DNA of 64,000 bases, taken from the NCBI GenBank assembly GCA_035776755.1, contig DASTWS010000033.1, forward strand, positions 9,771 through 73,770, given 5' to 3'. Origin of the DNA: Verrucomicrobiia bacterium (GTDB taxonomy: Bacteria; Verrucomicrobiota; Verrucomicrobiia; Limisphaerales; UBA11358). This document shows positions 9,758 through 19,640 of this stretch, piece after piece (position 1 is the first letter of the stretch; each line of letters starts with the position of its first letter). The position numbers were made by a program, and so were the translations under genes. The notes under the pieces are model-generated. The model was not told the DNA's origin, made no database searches, and was given only the letters and a program-made list of their open reading frames with translations.

Positions 9758-10090
9758 TCAATAAAGCTCCCAGCAGGCAGCCGCGGTATCCAACTCAAAA
9801 ACTTTGATGACTGCCGTTCGCTCGCGGAAAATCTTTTCTATCACGTCGGTCGTTTGATTTCCGCAACGCAACCAGATGACTTTTGGCGGCGGACCGAACA
9901 ATGCCGCCATGTCCGCAAAATCGGAATCTTGTGAGACAATGGTAAAGCCGTTGGCCTTGGCAAATTCCCAAATGACACGGTCATCGGCCGTTTCCAATCC
10001 CGCCGCGCGCACCTGACTGGATTCGGGGAATAAATCGGCGAGACGACCGCACAACTTGAAGCTCAAGTTTTGGTCGAACAGCAACTTCAT
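9758..10090 (-). CDS. DUF5615-family PIN-like (Mut7-C-like) putative toxin
   Basis: 110 aa: MKLLFDQNLSFKL...DRVIWEFAKANGFTIVSQDSDF. This is the typical DUF5615 partner of DUF433. 4-nt overlap with the upstream gene. Confidence 0.7.
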   Translation of the reverse strand: MKLLFDQNLSFKLCGRLADLFPESSQVRAAGLETADDRVIWEFAKANGFTIVSQDSDFADMAALFGPPPKVIWLRCGNQTTDVIEKIFRERTAVIKVFELDTAAACWELY

Positions 10091-10308
10091 GCGGCGGTCA
10101 AAACACGGCGCTCACGGTCTGCGGCAAAGGCCAGGCAGGCGCGGATATCCTCTTCCGTCAATTCGGGATAGTCAGCCAGAATTTCCTGATGCGACATTCC
10201 GGCCGCCAGCCAGCCCAACACATCTGAAACAGCAATCCGCATCCCCCGGACACAAGGACGCCCACCGCGCTTGCCCGGTTCAATGGTGATGATGTTCTGG
10301 TAATTCAT
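10087..10308 (-). CDS. DUF433-family putative antitoxin
   Basis: MNYQNIITIEPGKRGGRPCVRGMRIAVSDVLGWLAAGMSHQEILADYPELTEEDIRACLAFAA is the canonical DUF433 pattern. Start chosen at ATG 10308 (ORF track extends to 10347). Confidence 0.75.
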   Translation of the reverse strand: MNYQNIITIEPGKRGGRPCVRGMRIAVSDVLGWLAAGMSHQEILADYPELTEEDIRACLAFAADRERRVLTAA

Positions 10309-10499
10309 AGCCACAACCATATTACCGCCCACATTCTCTTTCCGCAAATGATTAACCTTCGCGCGGCCCGGTCCAAAATTTGGAGGGACGAACTCTGCAA
10401 GTTCCTAACTATTGGACGTTGTGGAATTCCGCCGTCCGGATGCGGACAACCGGAACAACCTGAAACCCCGCCCTCCTCCGTGCCGTCTGTTTTTGAATC

Positions 10500-11747
10500 A
10501 TGTCGCTGAAACATTTCCTGGCCCTTCTCTGCCTCGCGTTCGCCGCACTCCAAATCTTCGCCGCCGAACCGCCCGTCAGTTGGATTGATCCCGACACCGG
10601 CCATCGCGTCATCCGCCTCACGCGCGAACCCGGTTCCGACAGTTTTTATTTCAATGACAATGCCTTCACGTCCGACGGTAAAAAAATGGCCTACACCACC
10701 ACCAACGGCATTTCCGTTCTCGATCTCAAAACCTTGAAGTCCAAACAACTCGTCACCGGCAAAACGCACACCATCATCGTCGCCCACAACTCCGCCAATC
10801 TCTATTACACCCGCGGCTCCAGCGATCCCCTTTTCCGTTCGCTCTGGTGCGTGAACCTGGAAACCGGCGCTGACCGCAAGATCGCCGACCTGCCGCGCCG
10901 CGCCAACGTGACCGCCATCAACGCCGACGAAACTCTCGGTGCCGGCACGTTCATCGAAGGCGATGCCAACGCCGGCGGCGCCTACGATGGCACCAAATCC
11001 TATGGCAAAATGTCCGAAACCAATCTCGGCGAACCCGCCAACAAAGGCGAAATGATGGCCCGCCGCCTCGCCGCCAAATTGCCGATGACGCTGTTCACCA
11101 TTGACCTGCACACCGGCCAGATCCATCCGCTTCTTCAGCACAGCACCGACTGGTTGAATCACCTGCAATTCTCCCCCGCCGATCCCACGCTGCTCATGTA
11201 TTGTCACGAAGGCCAATGGCAAAAAGTGGATCGCATCTGGACCATCCGCACCGACGGCACCCAAAATCAGCTCATCCACAAACGCACCATGCAGATGGAG
11301 ATTGCCGGGCACGAATGGTGGGGCGCTGACGGCGAAACCGTCTTCTACCAACTCCATATGCGCGGCTGGGGCAGCTCCTTCATCGCCAGTTACAACGTCA
11401 AAACCGGCCAGCGCATCTGGCTCCATTACGACCCCGACCAATCGTCCATCCACGACAATTCATCGCCCGACGGCAAACTCTTTTGCGGCGACGGCAACCG
11501 GCAAACGCCTTGGATATTTCTGTTCCATCCCGTGTTGACCCGCGACAACGGCACGCTGGGCGACCATCTCATCAAGACCGGCTACTTGGAATCTGAAAAG
11601 CTGGTCAACATGTCCAAACACAACTATCGCCTCGAACCCAATCCCGCTTTCACGCCGGACATGAAATGGATCGTCTTCCGCTCAAACATGTTCGGTCCCG
11701 ATTACGCCTTTGCCGTGGAAGTGGCGAAGGCCGGCGCCGGACATTAA
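10500..11747 (+). CDS. Oligogalacturonate lyase (PL22-like), secreted
   Basis: 415 aa with signal peptide. TGHRVIRLT...FYFNDNAFTSDGKKM, FSPADPTLLMYCHEG, AGHEWW and PNPAFTPDMKWIVFRS follow the Ogl/PL22 beta-propeller pattern as I recall it. Confidence 0.8.
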   Translation: MSLKHFLALLCLAFAALQIFAAEPPVSWIDPDTGHRVIRLTREPGSDSFYFNDNAFTSDGKKMAYTTTNGISVLDLKTLKSKQLVTGKTHTIIVAHNSANLYYTRGSSDPLFRSLWCVNLETGADRKIADLPRRANVTAINADETLGAGTFIEGDANAGGAYDGTKSYGKMSETNLGEPANKGEMMARRLAAKLPMTLFTIDLHTGQIHPLLQHSTDWLNHLQFSPADPTLLMYCHEGQWQKVDRIWTIRTDGTQNQLIHKRTMQMEIAGHEWWGADGETVFYQLHMRGWGSSFIASYNVKTGQRIWLHYDPDQSSIHDNSSPDGKLFCGDGNRQTPWIFLFHPVLTRDNGTLGDHLIKTGYLESEKLVNMSKHNYRLEPNPAFTPDMKWIVFRSNMFGPDYAFAVEVAKAGAGH

Positions 11748-11835
11748 AAAGTTCGGCTACACGAATTGCACCAATTTTCACAAATGCAGTTTAATTGGCG
11801 CAAATTCGCGTCATTCGCCTCAAACCCGAATCCGT

Positions 11836-13401
11836 TCAATGCGCCTCGGCCGCGACCGCCGGCGATGGAGCAACCTTTTTTAACAACGGCGTCAGCAACG
11901 TCGCAATCGCCAGGCAAACGCCGATGACGAGAAACGCGTCGGCAAAGGTCTGCACCTGCGCTTCGCGATACGTGAGCCGCCACAATTCTTTCAACGCCGC
12001 CGCATGGCCGTGCACGGCGTCGCCGGTGGCAGCCGTGAATTTCGCGCCCAGGCGCAGCAGCATTTGTTGCATCGCGGGATTGGTCGAATTCAGATGTTCG
12101 GCCAGCCGCAGGAAATGCAGGTTCGTGCGGTCGTTCAAAATCGTCGCGCACACGGCGATGCCGATGGCGCCGCCGAGATTGCGCATCATGTTGAACAGGC
12201 CGCTCGCGTATTTGAGCCGCGCCGCCGGCAAACTGCCCAGGCCGAGCGTCACCGCGGGCGCCACGGCGAACACTTGCGGAAAGCCACGCAGAAATTGCGG
12301 GAGAAATAATTCGTTCCCGCCCCAGTCGTGCGTGATGAAACTGAAGCTCCACATCGAAAGCGCAAACAGCGCCAGCCCGAACATCATCAGCCAGCGCGTA
12401 TCAAACCGTTTCGCCAGCGCAATATAGATGGGAATGCCAACCAGCGACGCGGCGCCGGTGGACGCGATGGCCAGGCCGATCTGCCACGCGCTGTATCCGC
12501 GCACGTAGCCGAGAAACAACGGCGTCAGAAAAATCGTCGCAAACATTCCCACGCCGGTCATGAACGACAAAATGCAGCCGATCAAAAAATTGCGGTTGGT
12601 CAAGGCGCGCAGGTCAACCACCGGATGGGCAAAGGTCAAACTGCGGACAATGAATAGAATTCCGGCGATCACCGCGACGATGGCAAACATTCTGATGGTC
12701 GCGTCGTCGAACCAGTTCCAGCGCGCGCCTTCTTCCAAAACGTATTGCAGGCTGCCCAGGCCGATGGCCATCAAGGCAATTCCCGGATAATCCGCGCCTT
12801 TCAACAAAGACCAATCGGGTTTGTCAATTTTCACGAGTTTCGGACTCAGGACCGCCACCGCCGCGCCCGGCAACAGATTCACGTAAAACAGCCAGCGCCA
12901 GTCCAGCGTGTCGGTGATCCAGCCGCCGATGACCGGCCCGAGCGTCGGCGCCACGGATGCGATGGTCCCGATGACCGCCGCCGAATAAACGCGGCGATGG
13001 CCTTGAAAATAATGGAACGACGACGTAAACACGGTTGGAATCATCGAAGCGCCGAGCAATCCCTGCAGCGCGCGAAAAACAATCATGCTTTCGATATTCC
13101 ACGCCAGGCCGCATAATAAACTGGCCAGCGTAAAGCCCGCCGCGGAAACCGTGAACAGCCAGCGCGTGGAAAACACGCGCGTCAGCCAGCCGGACAATGG
13201 AATCATGCAGATTTCTGCGATGAGATACGCGGTCTGCACCCAACTGATCTGGTCTTGCGCGGCGGACAAACCGCCGCCGATGTCCTGCAACGACGAAGCA
13301 ACGATCTGGATGTCCAGCAACGCCATGAACATGCCGATGCACATCACGACGAACGGAAAAATATCTTTGGCGCGGAGCGGCGGTTGGGCGGGAGTATTCA
13401 T
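11836..13401 (-). CDS. MFS DHA2-family (EmrB/QacA-type, 14-TM) multidrug efflux transporter
   Basis: 521-aa hydrophobic ORF with MCIGMFMALLDIQIVASSL, GWITD..WRWLFYVNLP motifs. Lies downstream of a HlyD-family gene. Confidence 0.85.
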   Translation of the reverse strand: MNTPAQPPLRAKDIFPFVVMCIGMFMALLDIQIVASSLQDIGGGLSAAQDQISWVQTAYLIAEICMIPLSGWLTRVFSTRWLFTVSAAGFTLASLLCGLAWNIESMIVFRALQGLLGASMIPTVFTSSFHYFQGHRRVYSAAVIGTIASVAPTLGPVIGGWITDTLDWRWLFYVNLLPGAAVAVLSPKLVKIDKPDWSLLKGADYPGIALMAIGLGSLQYVLEEGARWNWFDDATIRMFAIVAVIAGILFIVRSLTFAHPVVDLRALTNRNFLIGCILSFMTGVGMFATIFLTPLFLGYVRGYSAWQIGLAIASTGAASLVGIPIYIALAKRFDTRWLMMFGLALFALSMWSFSFITHDWGGNELFLPQFLRGFPQVFAVAPAVTLGLGSLPAARLKYASGLFNMMRNLGGAIGIAVCATILNDRTNLHFLRLAEHLNSTNPAMQQMLLRLGAKFTAATGDAVHGHAAALKELWRLTYREAQVQTFADAFLVIGVCLAIATLLTPLLKKVAPSPAVAAEAH

Positions 13402-13408
13402 ATTCTCC

Positions 13409-14593
13409 TTATGATTTCGTGTTCACGTTCGCCGTCACGGAAAGCCCGGGACGTAATTGGCCGGGCGACAATTGGCCGTCATCGAGAAAAATCCGCACGG
13501 CGATGCGCTGGACGATTTTGGTGAAATTGCCCGTGGCATTCTCGGCGGGAAGCACGCTGAATTGCGCGCCGGTCGCCGGCGCGATACTGGCGACGTGTCC
13601 GTGAAATTTTTTTCCGCCGAGCAGGTCAATCTTCACCGTCGCCGGTGAACCCGGATGCATGTGCGCGAGCTGATTTTCCTTGAAGTTCGCGTCAATCCAC
13701 AAACCGTGCGACGGCACGAGCGAAATCAATTGCGCGCCGGCCGTGGCATACGCGCCGACCTGTGCGCTGCGATTGCCGACCACGCCGTCAATCGGCGCGC
13801 GCAGTTCGGTGTAGCTCAAATTCAATCGCGCGAGATCGCGTCCGGCGATCGCCGAATCCAGCGCCGCCTGCGCCTGTTGTTTCTGCGTGGCGATGACTTC
13901 CAATTGCCGTTGCGCCGCGGCCAGCGTCGCGCGCGCTTTTTCGCCGTCCGCCAGCGCCTCTTTGTAATCGGCATCCACTTTTTGAAATTCCTGGATGGAG
14001 GCGACGCCGGTGTCCAAAAGATTTTTGGCACGGATCTGGTCGTCGTGCGTGCGCGTGGTTTCCGTGTCGGCCGCGGCGATTCCCGCCTGCGCCTGCGCCA
14101 CGACCGCGTCCTGCAAATGACGCGTCGCGTCGAGATTGGTCAGCGCGGCCCGCTGGATCGCGACGGCGGCTTCGGCTTTTGCCAGCGCGGCGCGATAATC
14201 CCGGTCGTCCAATTTCAAAAGCAGATCGCCGGCGTGAACGCGTTGATTATCCGTCACGGCGATTTCGGAAATGAATCCGGCCACTTTGGGCGCGATCACC
14301 GTGACATCGCCGCCGACGTAAGCGTCGTCCGTGCTTTCAATGAACCGGCCCGCCGTCCACCAATCGTATCCGAATTTGACGGCCGCGATCCCCATCAATG
14401 CTGCCAGCACGAACAGTGCGATGCGTTTGGCAGACGGCTTCCGAAATTTTTTCGGCGCGGGCAATTCCACGTCGTCGTTCAATTCAAAACGGCCGGCGTG
14501 ATTGGTTTTGCTTTTCTGGGGCGCAAACGGCGCGGCAGAAAGTTCAGCGCGGGGAGTTCCGGTCAAATCAGTGGAAAATGTCGTCGCATTCAT
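13409..14593 (-). CDS. HlyD-family membrane fusion protein (EmrA-like)
   Basis: 394 aa: N-terminal TM, coiled-coil middle, TDDAYVGGDVTVIAPKVAGFI and LRPGLSV motifs typical of EmrA/HlyD. Confidence 0.85.
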   Translation of the reverse strand: MNATTFSTDLTGTPRAELSAAPFAPQKSKTNHAGRFELNDDVELPAPKKFRKPSAKRIALFVLAALMGIAAVKFGYDWWTAGRFIESTDDAYVGGDVTVIAPKVAGFISEIAVTDNQRVHAGDLLLKLDDRDYRAALAKAEAAVAIQRAALTNLDATRHLQDAVVAQAQAGIAAADTETTRTHDDQIRAKNLLDTGVASIQEFQKVDADYKEALADGEKARATLAAAQRQLEVIATQKQQAQAALDSAIAGRDLARLNLSYTELRAPIDGVVGNRSAQVGAYATAGAQLISLVPSHGLWIDANFKENQLAHMHPGSPATVKIDLLGGKKFHGHVASIAPATGAQFSVLPAENATGNFTKIVQRIAVRIFLDDGQLSPGQLRPGLSVTANVNTKS

Positions 14594-14611
14594 ATTTTTA
14601 TTTCAAAAACC

Positions 14612-14627
14612 GACTGGTTGGTATGTT
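14612..14627. promoter_or_regulatory. Candidate TetR operator copy A (GACTGGTTGGTATGTT) just upstream of the emrA-like start
   Basis: 16-mer repeated with one mismatch at 15335..15350. Both copies sit at the 5' ends of genes of the tetR-emrAB unit. Confidence 0.45.
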
Positions 14628-14671
14628 TTATTTCAGTAAAAGAGTTCGTTGATGGCGTTGGCTCTTGGATT

Positions 14672-15331
14672 TCAGTTCCAGGATTTGTCCGCCGGCCTGG
14701 TTCCCTGCTTCGCGTCCGGGAGGTTGAACAAGCATTTCAGGTAGCTGCGGAATTGTTCGACGTTGTCATGCAACACGTCGTTGTTGCCGGCGATTTTGGA
14801 CAGCATCAGCGAGCCCTGGACAATGGCCAGATAGAATTGCGCCAGTCCGTTTGGATCGAATTTGGCGTGCGGCGCGTGGGCGGCTTTGGCTTCCGCCAGG
14901 TCGCGGGAAAAATCGCGGACCATGCGGGAAAAGAAATTCTGGCAGACATCGCGAATGCCCGGATTGGAAACGGCCAGTTCCTGCGCGAACATGCCGATGA
15001 GACAGCCTTTGGTGACGCGCTTCTCCCCGCCGATGGATTCTTTGACGTAATCCAGCCGCCCAAAAACGCGATCCAATGGATCCTCCAGTCTGCGAAACGG
15101 CGCGTCTTCATAGTCCTGAACTTTGCTTTCGTGAAAACGCGTCAGCGCGGCGCGCGCAATATCGTCTTTGCTCTTGAAATAGTGGAAAAAGCCGCCTTTG
15201 GTCACGCCGGCATCGGCGCAGATGTCATCCACGGTGGTGGCGTTATAGCCGTTGGCGCGCATGAGTTTGACGCCGGCGTCCACGATTTTACGCTTGGTTT
15301 CGGGCAACGACGTTGATGATTTGCTTGGCAT
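14672..15331 (-). CDS. TetR/AcrR-family transcriptional regulator
   Basis: KRKIVDAGVKLMRANGYNATTVDDICADAGVTKGGFFHYFKSKDD is a TetR HTH. Start taken at ATG 15331 (the track TTG 15373 is an alternative). Confidence 0.85.
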   Translation of the reverse strand: MPSKSSTSLPETKRKIVDAGVKLMRANGYNATTVDDICADAGVTKGGFFHYFKSKDDIARAALTRFHESKVQDYEDAPFRRLEDPLDRVFGRLDYVKESIGGEKRVTKGCLIGMFAQELAVSNPGIRDVCQNFFSRMVRDFSRDLAEAKAAHAPHAKFDPNGLAQFYLAIVQGSLMLSKIAGNNDVLHDNVEQFRSYLKCLFNLPDAKQGTRPADKSWN

Positions 15332-15334
15332 ACA

Positions 15335-15350
15335 GACTAGTTGGTATGTT
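15335..15350. promoter_or_regulatory. Candidate TetR operator copy B (GACTAGTTGGTATGTT), part of the imperfect palindrome CATACAGACTAGTTGGTATG (15329..15348) that overlaps the tetR start codon
   Basis: Direct reading of the sequence. CATAC-nn-ACTAGT-nn-GTATG has dyad symmetry. Confidence 0.45.
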
Positions 15351-15496
15351 AACTCAAAGCCGGATTCCGTCAATAGTTATTTTGAAAATAGTTTTACGCC
15401 GAATCCTCCAATGGTTCTGCTTTGAATTTGAGCATTTCGCGGCAATGAATATCATCTGCACCGATTTGGCGATTCCATTGAATCGTTTACGCGCCC

Positions 15497-15958
15497 ATGC
15501 CGCACATTCACGAAAAAATTGATTTCACCGTCGCGATTTTTGTCGTTCACGACGCGAAAATTCTGCTCATCCATCATCGCAAGCTGGATAAATGGCTGCC
15601 GTTGGGTGGCCACATCGAATTGGACGAAGAGCCGGAACAAGCCGCGTTGCGCGAGGCGAAGGAAGAAAGCGGTTTGGACGTGGAATTGCTCGGCGAACGG
15701 CCGCCGACCACCTCGCCCGGCACGCGCGCGCTCATCGCGCCGAGATTTCTCGACATCCATCGCATTTCGGACACGCACGAACACATCGGCATGATTTATT
15801 GGGCGGTTCCGAAAAATTCCGCACAGGTCAAACTTGCCGCCGAAGAGCATCACGACATCCGCTGGTGTTCGGCCGCGGAGCTGGACCAGCTTCAGCCGCC
15901 GATGTCGGACGCGGTGAAATGGTATTGCCGCAAAGCGATTGAAGAGATTTCCAATTGA
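15497..15958 (+). CDS. NUDIX hydrolase
   Basis: Nudix box GGHIELDEEPEQAALREAKEESGL (GX5EX7REUXEEXGU). Confidence 0.85.
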   Translation: MPHIHEKIDFTVAIFVVHDAKILLIHHRKLDKWLPLGGHIELDEEPEQAALREAKEESGLDVELLGERPPTTSPGTRALIAPRFLDIHRISDTHEHIGMIYWAVPKNSAQVKLAAEEHHDIRWCSAAELDQLQPPMSDAVKWYCRKAIEEISN

Positions 15959-15959
15959 A

Positions 15960-17129
15960 ATGAACCCGCGCCGCAAAATCAAATTCGCCTGTTTCACGCT
16001 CGAAGGATTGAATTCCTTCGCGACGGTTCTCTATTTCAATTACCTCTACTTTTTCATGCGCGACCATTTCGGCTTCGGCAACAAGCTGAATCTCGCGCTC
16101 GCGGCATTTCTCGGATTCGTTTACACCATCGCCGCCTGGCAGGCGGGAAAATTCGCCCAGCGTCGCGGTTATTTCAACGCGCTCAAAGTCGGCTTCGGCG
16201 TCATGCTGATTTCATTCGTCGCGGCCATTTTTCTGAAATCCGTCCTCGCGCAAATCATCGCCGCCGCGGCGGTCACGACGGGAATGTGTTTTATCTGGCC
16301 GACGCTTGAAGCACTCGTCAGCGACGGCGAAACGGCGGAACAATTGCCGCATTATGTTGGGATTTACAATGTCGTCTGGGCGGTGACAAATGCCGTGGCT
16401 TATTTCGTCGGCGGCACGTTCATCGAGGCTTTCGGCTACCATGTCATTTTCTGGATGCCGGTCGGTTTCGTCGTCGTCATGCTCGCGCTGACCTTTTGGC
16501 TGCAAAACCATCACGCTAAAACGATTCTTAAATCCGCCGATGCGCCCGCGCCACAACCGCATCAGCCGGCGTCGCCGCGCGCGAAGGCATTCCTGCGGAT
16601 GGCGTGGCTGGCCAATCCGTTCGCGTATGTCGCCATCCAAACGCTGGTCGCGGTCATTCCCGGTATCGCGCATAAATTCAATTTGTCGCCGATGTTCGCC
16701 GGATTTGCCTGCACGCTGTGGTGTTTCGTGCGGCTTGGCGCATTTATCGTGCTGTGGCGCTGGACGGATTGGCATTACCGGTTCCGCTGGCTCAACGCGT
16801 CGTTCCTTTTTTTGATTTTGTCGTTTGCCACGATTTTGATGTCGCCCAGTCTCGTGATTCTCATCATCGCGCAAATCTTTTTCGGCGGTGCAATCGGCCT
16901 GATTTATTATTCGTCGCTGTTTTATTCGATGGATGCGGGCGACACCAAAGGCGAACACGGCGGCATTCACGAAGCGGCCATCGGCCTGGGCAATTGCCTC
17001 GGTCCGGCCATCGGCGCACTGTCGCTGCAATTTCTTCCGGGCGTTCCCAACAGCGGCGCCATCGCCGTGAGCGCGTTGTTGCTGTGCGGCTTCGGCGGAT
17101 TGTTCGGAATCTGGAAAACGTCGCGCTGA
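15960..17129 (+). CDS. MFS transporter (12-TM type), substrate unknown
   Basis: Hydrophobic 389-aa ORF. ATG at 15960 follows the NUDIX stop by 1 nt (the track start 15939 overlaps the NUDIX gene). Confidence 0.75.
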   Translation: MNPRRKIKFACFTLEGLNSFATVLYFNYLYFFMRDHFGFGNKLNLALAAFLGFVYTIAAWQAGKFAQRRGYFNALKVGFGVMLISFVAAIFLKSVLAQIIAAAAVTTGMCFIWPTLEALVSDGETAEQLPHYVGIYNVVWAVTNAVAYFVGGTFIEAFGYHVIFWMPVGFVVVMLALTFWLQNHHAKTILKSADAPAPQPHQPASPRAKAFLRMAWLANPFAYVAIQTLVAVIPGIAHKFNLSPMFAGFACTLWCFVRLGAFIVLWRWTDWHYRFRWLNASFLFLILSFATILMSPSLVILIIAQIFFGGAIGLIYYSSLFYSMDAGDTKGEHGGIHEAAIGLGNCLGPAIGALSLQFLPGVPNSGAIAVSALLLCGFGGLFGIWKTSR

Positions 17130-17228
17130 TTTCGCGTAATTCGCACAATCGCAAAAGCATTGGCAATTTTCATATCAAAAACCGGTTGCAACTTCGCCGC
17201 GGGAAAACCAATTTGTTTTTTCACCGTT

Positions 17229-19550
17229 ATGAGACGTTTACTGACCGCTGTTTTCCTCGTCATTTTTGCGTTCGCATCCTTTGCGCAAATTTCTGAATCC
17301 AATTTGACCGAAGCCGCTTTCTCCGGCGAAGCCTCCGCGCCGACAAATTCTCTGGCCCTGTGGTATCGCGAACCGGCGAAAATCTGGGACAACGCGCTGC
17401 CGATCGGTAATGGACGCATGGGCGCGATGATTTTTGGCGGCGTGCCGGAGGAGCGGATCCAGTTCAACGAAGACACGTTGTGGAAAGGTCATCCGCGCGA
17501 TTACGTCCGCGCCGGCGCGGAAACGAATTTGGCGATCATCCGGCAGGATTTGTTTGAAGGAAAAATCAAAGACGCCGAAGTGCAGACGCGCAAAGGATTT
17601 TTGAGTGATCCCGTCCGGCAAATGCCGTATCAACCTTTCGGCGACCTGCATCTGAAATTTTTTGGGCAAACGAACGTCAGCGATTATCGCCGCGAACTGG
17701 ACTTGGATTCGGCCATCGCCCGCGTGAGTTATCGCGTCGGCGACGCGACGTTCACACGCGAAGCATTTGCGAGTTATCCCGACCGAGCGATTGTCGTCCA
17801 CCTCAGCGCGGACCAAAAAGGCCGCGTGAATTTCGCGCTCACGATGGACAGTTCGCAAACCAATTCTCAAACCGTCGCCGCCGCGCCGGACACGCTGGTT
17901 TTGTCAGGACAGATTCAAACCAATGGCGAAAAATTTGAATCGCGCGTTCGTGTGATTGCTGACGGCGGCAGCGCGACGACCAATGGCAATTCAATTGTCA
18001 TTGAAAAAGCAAATTCCGCCACGCTGCTGTTGGTCGCGGCGACCAGCTTCAAAAATTTTCAGGACATCAGCGCCAATCCGGACAAACGCGCCAAAGAAGA
18101 TTTGGATAAATTGAAAGGAAAGAAATACGAGGAATTGCTCGCGACACATCTGGCCGATCACAAAAATCTGTTCGACCGCGTGAGCCTGGATTTGGGCAAC
18201 AACGACCGTGCAAATTTGCCGACGGACGAACGGCTTGAAAAAATTAAAACCACCGGATTGGAAAGCGACCCGGCGCTGGCGGTTTTGGAATTTCAATACG
18301 GCCGTTATCTGCTGATCGCCAGCAGCCGTCCCGGCAGCCAGCCCGCGAATCTGCAGGGCAATTGGAATGAATTGCTCAATCCGCCGTGGGAAAGCAAGTG
18401 GACGCTGAACATCAATTGCGAGATGAATTATTGGCCGGCGGAAGTGACCGGCCTGGGCGAATGCACCGGCCCGTTGTTCGACATGATTGATGACCTGGTC
18501 GTCAGCGGCAGCCGCACGGCGCGCGAGCAATACAATTGCCGCGGCTGGGTGGTGCACCACAATACCGATCTGTGGCGCGGCACGGCGCCGATCAACAACA
18601 TTGACGGCGTCTGGCCGACCGGCGGGGCGTGGCTTTGCCAGCATTTGTGGGAACACTGGCTGTTCACAGACGATAAAAAATTCCTGGCCGATCGCGCTTA
18701 TCCGGCGATGAAACAGGCGTCGCTCTTCTTCGTGGATTTTCTCATCAAAGATCCGAAAACCGGCTGGCTCGTCACTTCGCCGTCATTTTCACCCGAGCAA
18801 GGCGGAATGTGCTATGGCCCGACGATGGACAATCAATTGATCCGCGCCTTGATGGAACACACCATCGCCGCCGCGAAGATTTTAGGTAAAGACGAAAAAT
18901 TCGTCGCGCAATTGAAAACCATTTGCGCGCAATTGCCGCCCAACCAGGTCGGCAAATATGGCCAGCTTCAGGAATGGTTGCAGGACGTGGACGTGCCCAA
19001 CAACAATCATCGGCACATGTCGCCGTTGTGGGCGCTGTTTCCCGGCGACGACATCAATCCGTCCGACCCGAAAATCTTTGATGCCGCGAAAGTGTTGCTC
19101 AAATGGCGCGGCGACGGCAGCACCGGCTGGAGTTACGCGTGGCGCATCCCGCTTTGGGCGCGCGTCGGCGACGGCAATTTTGCATTTCGTCAATTGAACG
19201 GCCTGATGCAACGACGCACGCTGCCGAACCTGTTCGATCTGTGCGGGCCGTTTCAAATTGACGGAAATTTTGGCGCGACGGCGGGCATCGCCGAATTGCT
19301 ATTGCAAAGTCAAAACGGCGAAATCCAATTGCTGCCCGCGTTGCCATCGGCGTGGCCGGCCGGCAGCGTCAAAGGTCTCCGCGCACGCGGCGGATTTATC
19401 GTGGACGAAAACTGGAAGGACGGAAAATTGGTTTCCGCTAAAATCCATTCGATGGACGGAAATCTCTGCAAAGTGCGCTCCGGCGATTTGATGCGGGAAA
19501 TAAAAATGAAAGCTGGCGAAACGGTGGATCTGGACAATCGGCTTGAATAA
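17229..19550 (+). CDS. GH95 glycoside hydrolase (alpha-L-fucosidase/alpha-L-galactosidase family), paralog 1
   Basis: [73 protein letters not shown]. Signal peptide starts at [11 protein letters not shown] (17229). Confidence 0.9.
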   Translation: MRRLLTAVFLVIFAFASFAQISESNLTEAAFSGEASAPTNSLALWYREPAKIWDNALPIGNGRMGAMIFGGVPEERIQFNEDTLWKGHPRDYVRAGAETNLAIIRQDLFEGKIKDAEVQTRKGFLSDPVRQMPYQPFGDLHLKFFGQTNVSDYRRELDLDSAIARVSYRVGDATFTREAFASYPDRAIVVHLSADQKGRVNFALTMDSSQTNSQTVAAAPDTLVLSGQIQTNGEKFESRVRVIADGGSATTNGNSIVIEKANSATLLLVAATSFKNFQDISANPDKRAKEDLDKLKGKKYEELLATHLADHKNLFDRVSLDLGNNDRANLPTDERLEKIKTTGLESDPALAVLEFQYGRYLLIASSRPGSQPANLQGNWNELLNPPWESKWTLNINCEMNYWPAEVTGLGECTGPLFDMIDDLVVSGSRTAREQYNCRGWVVHHNTDLWRGTAPINNIDGVWPTGGAWLCQHLWEHWLFTDDKKFLADRAYPAMKQASLFFVDFLIKDPKTGWLVTSPSFSPEQGGMCYGPTMDNQLIRALMEHTIAAAKILGKDEKFVAQLKTICAQLPPNQVGKYGQLQEWLQDVDVPNNNHRHMSPLWALFPGDDINPSDPKIFDAAKVLLKWRGDGSTGWSYAWRIPLWARVGDGNFAFRQLNGLMQRRTLPNLFDLCGPFQIDGNFGATAGIAELLLQSQNGEIQLLPALPSAWPAGSVKGLRARGGFIVDENWKDGKLVSAKIHSMDGNLCKVRSGDLMREIKMKAGETVDLDNRLE

Positions 19551-19640
19551 TGCGCAGCCCTTTCGGTTTTTGTTACAGGGAAATCAATTTGCTTTGATTT
19601 CGACTTGATTCAAATGACCGCCGCGTGATGAAATTTCACA

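Noticed and set aside
10305-11453. 382-aa minus-strand ORF antisense to the PL22 gene
   Set aside because: Gly/Ala/Val/Arg-rich composition with no motifs. It lies fully inside a well-supported plus-strand gene, so it is a typical shadow ORF in GC-biased coding DNA.
13655-15316. 553-aa plus-strand ORF spanning the emrA-like and tetR genes
   Set aside because: It is antisense to two genes with clear family motifs, Arg/Gly-rich, and crosses an intergenic region. It is a shadow ORF.
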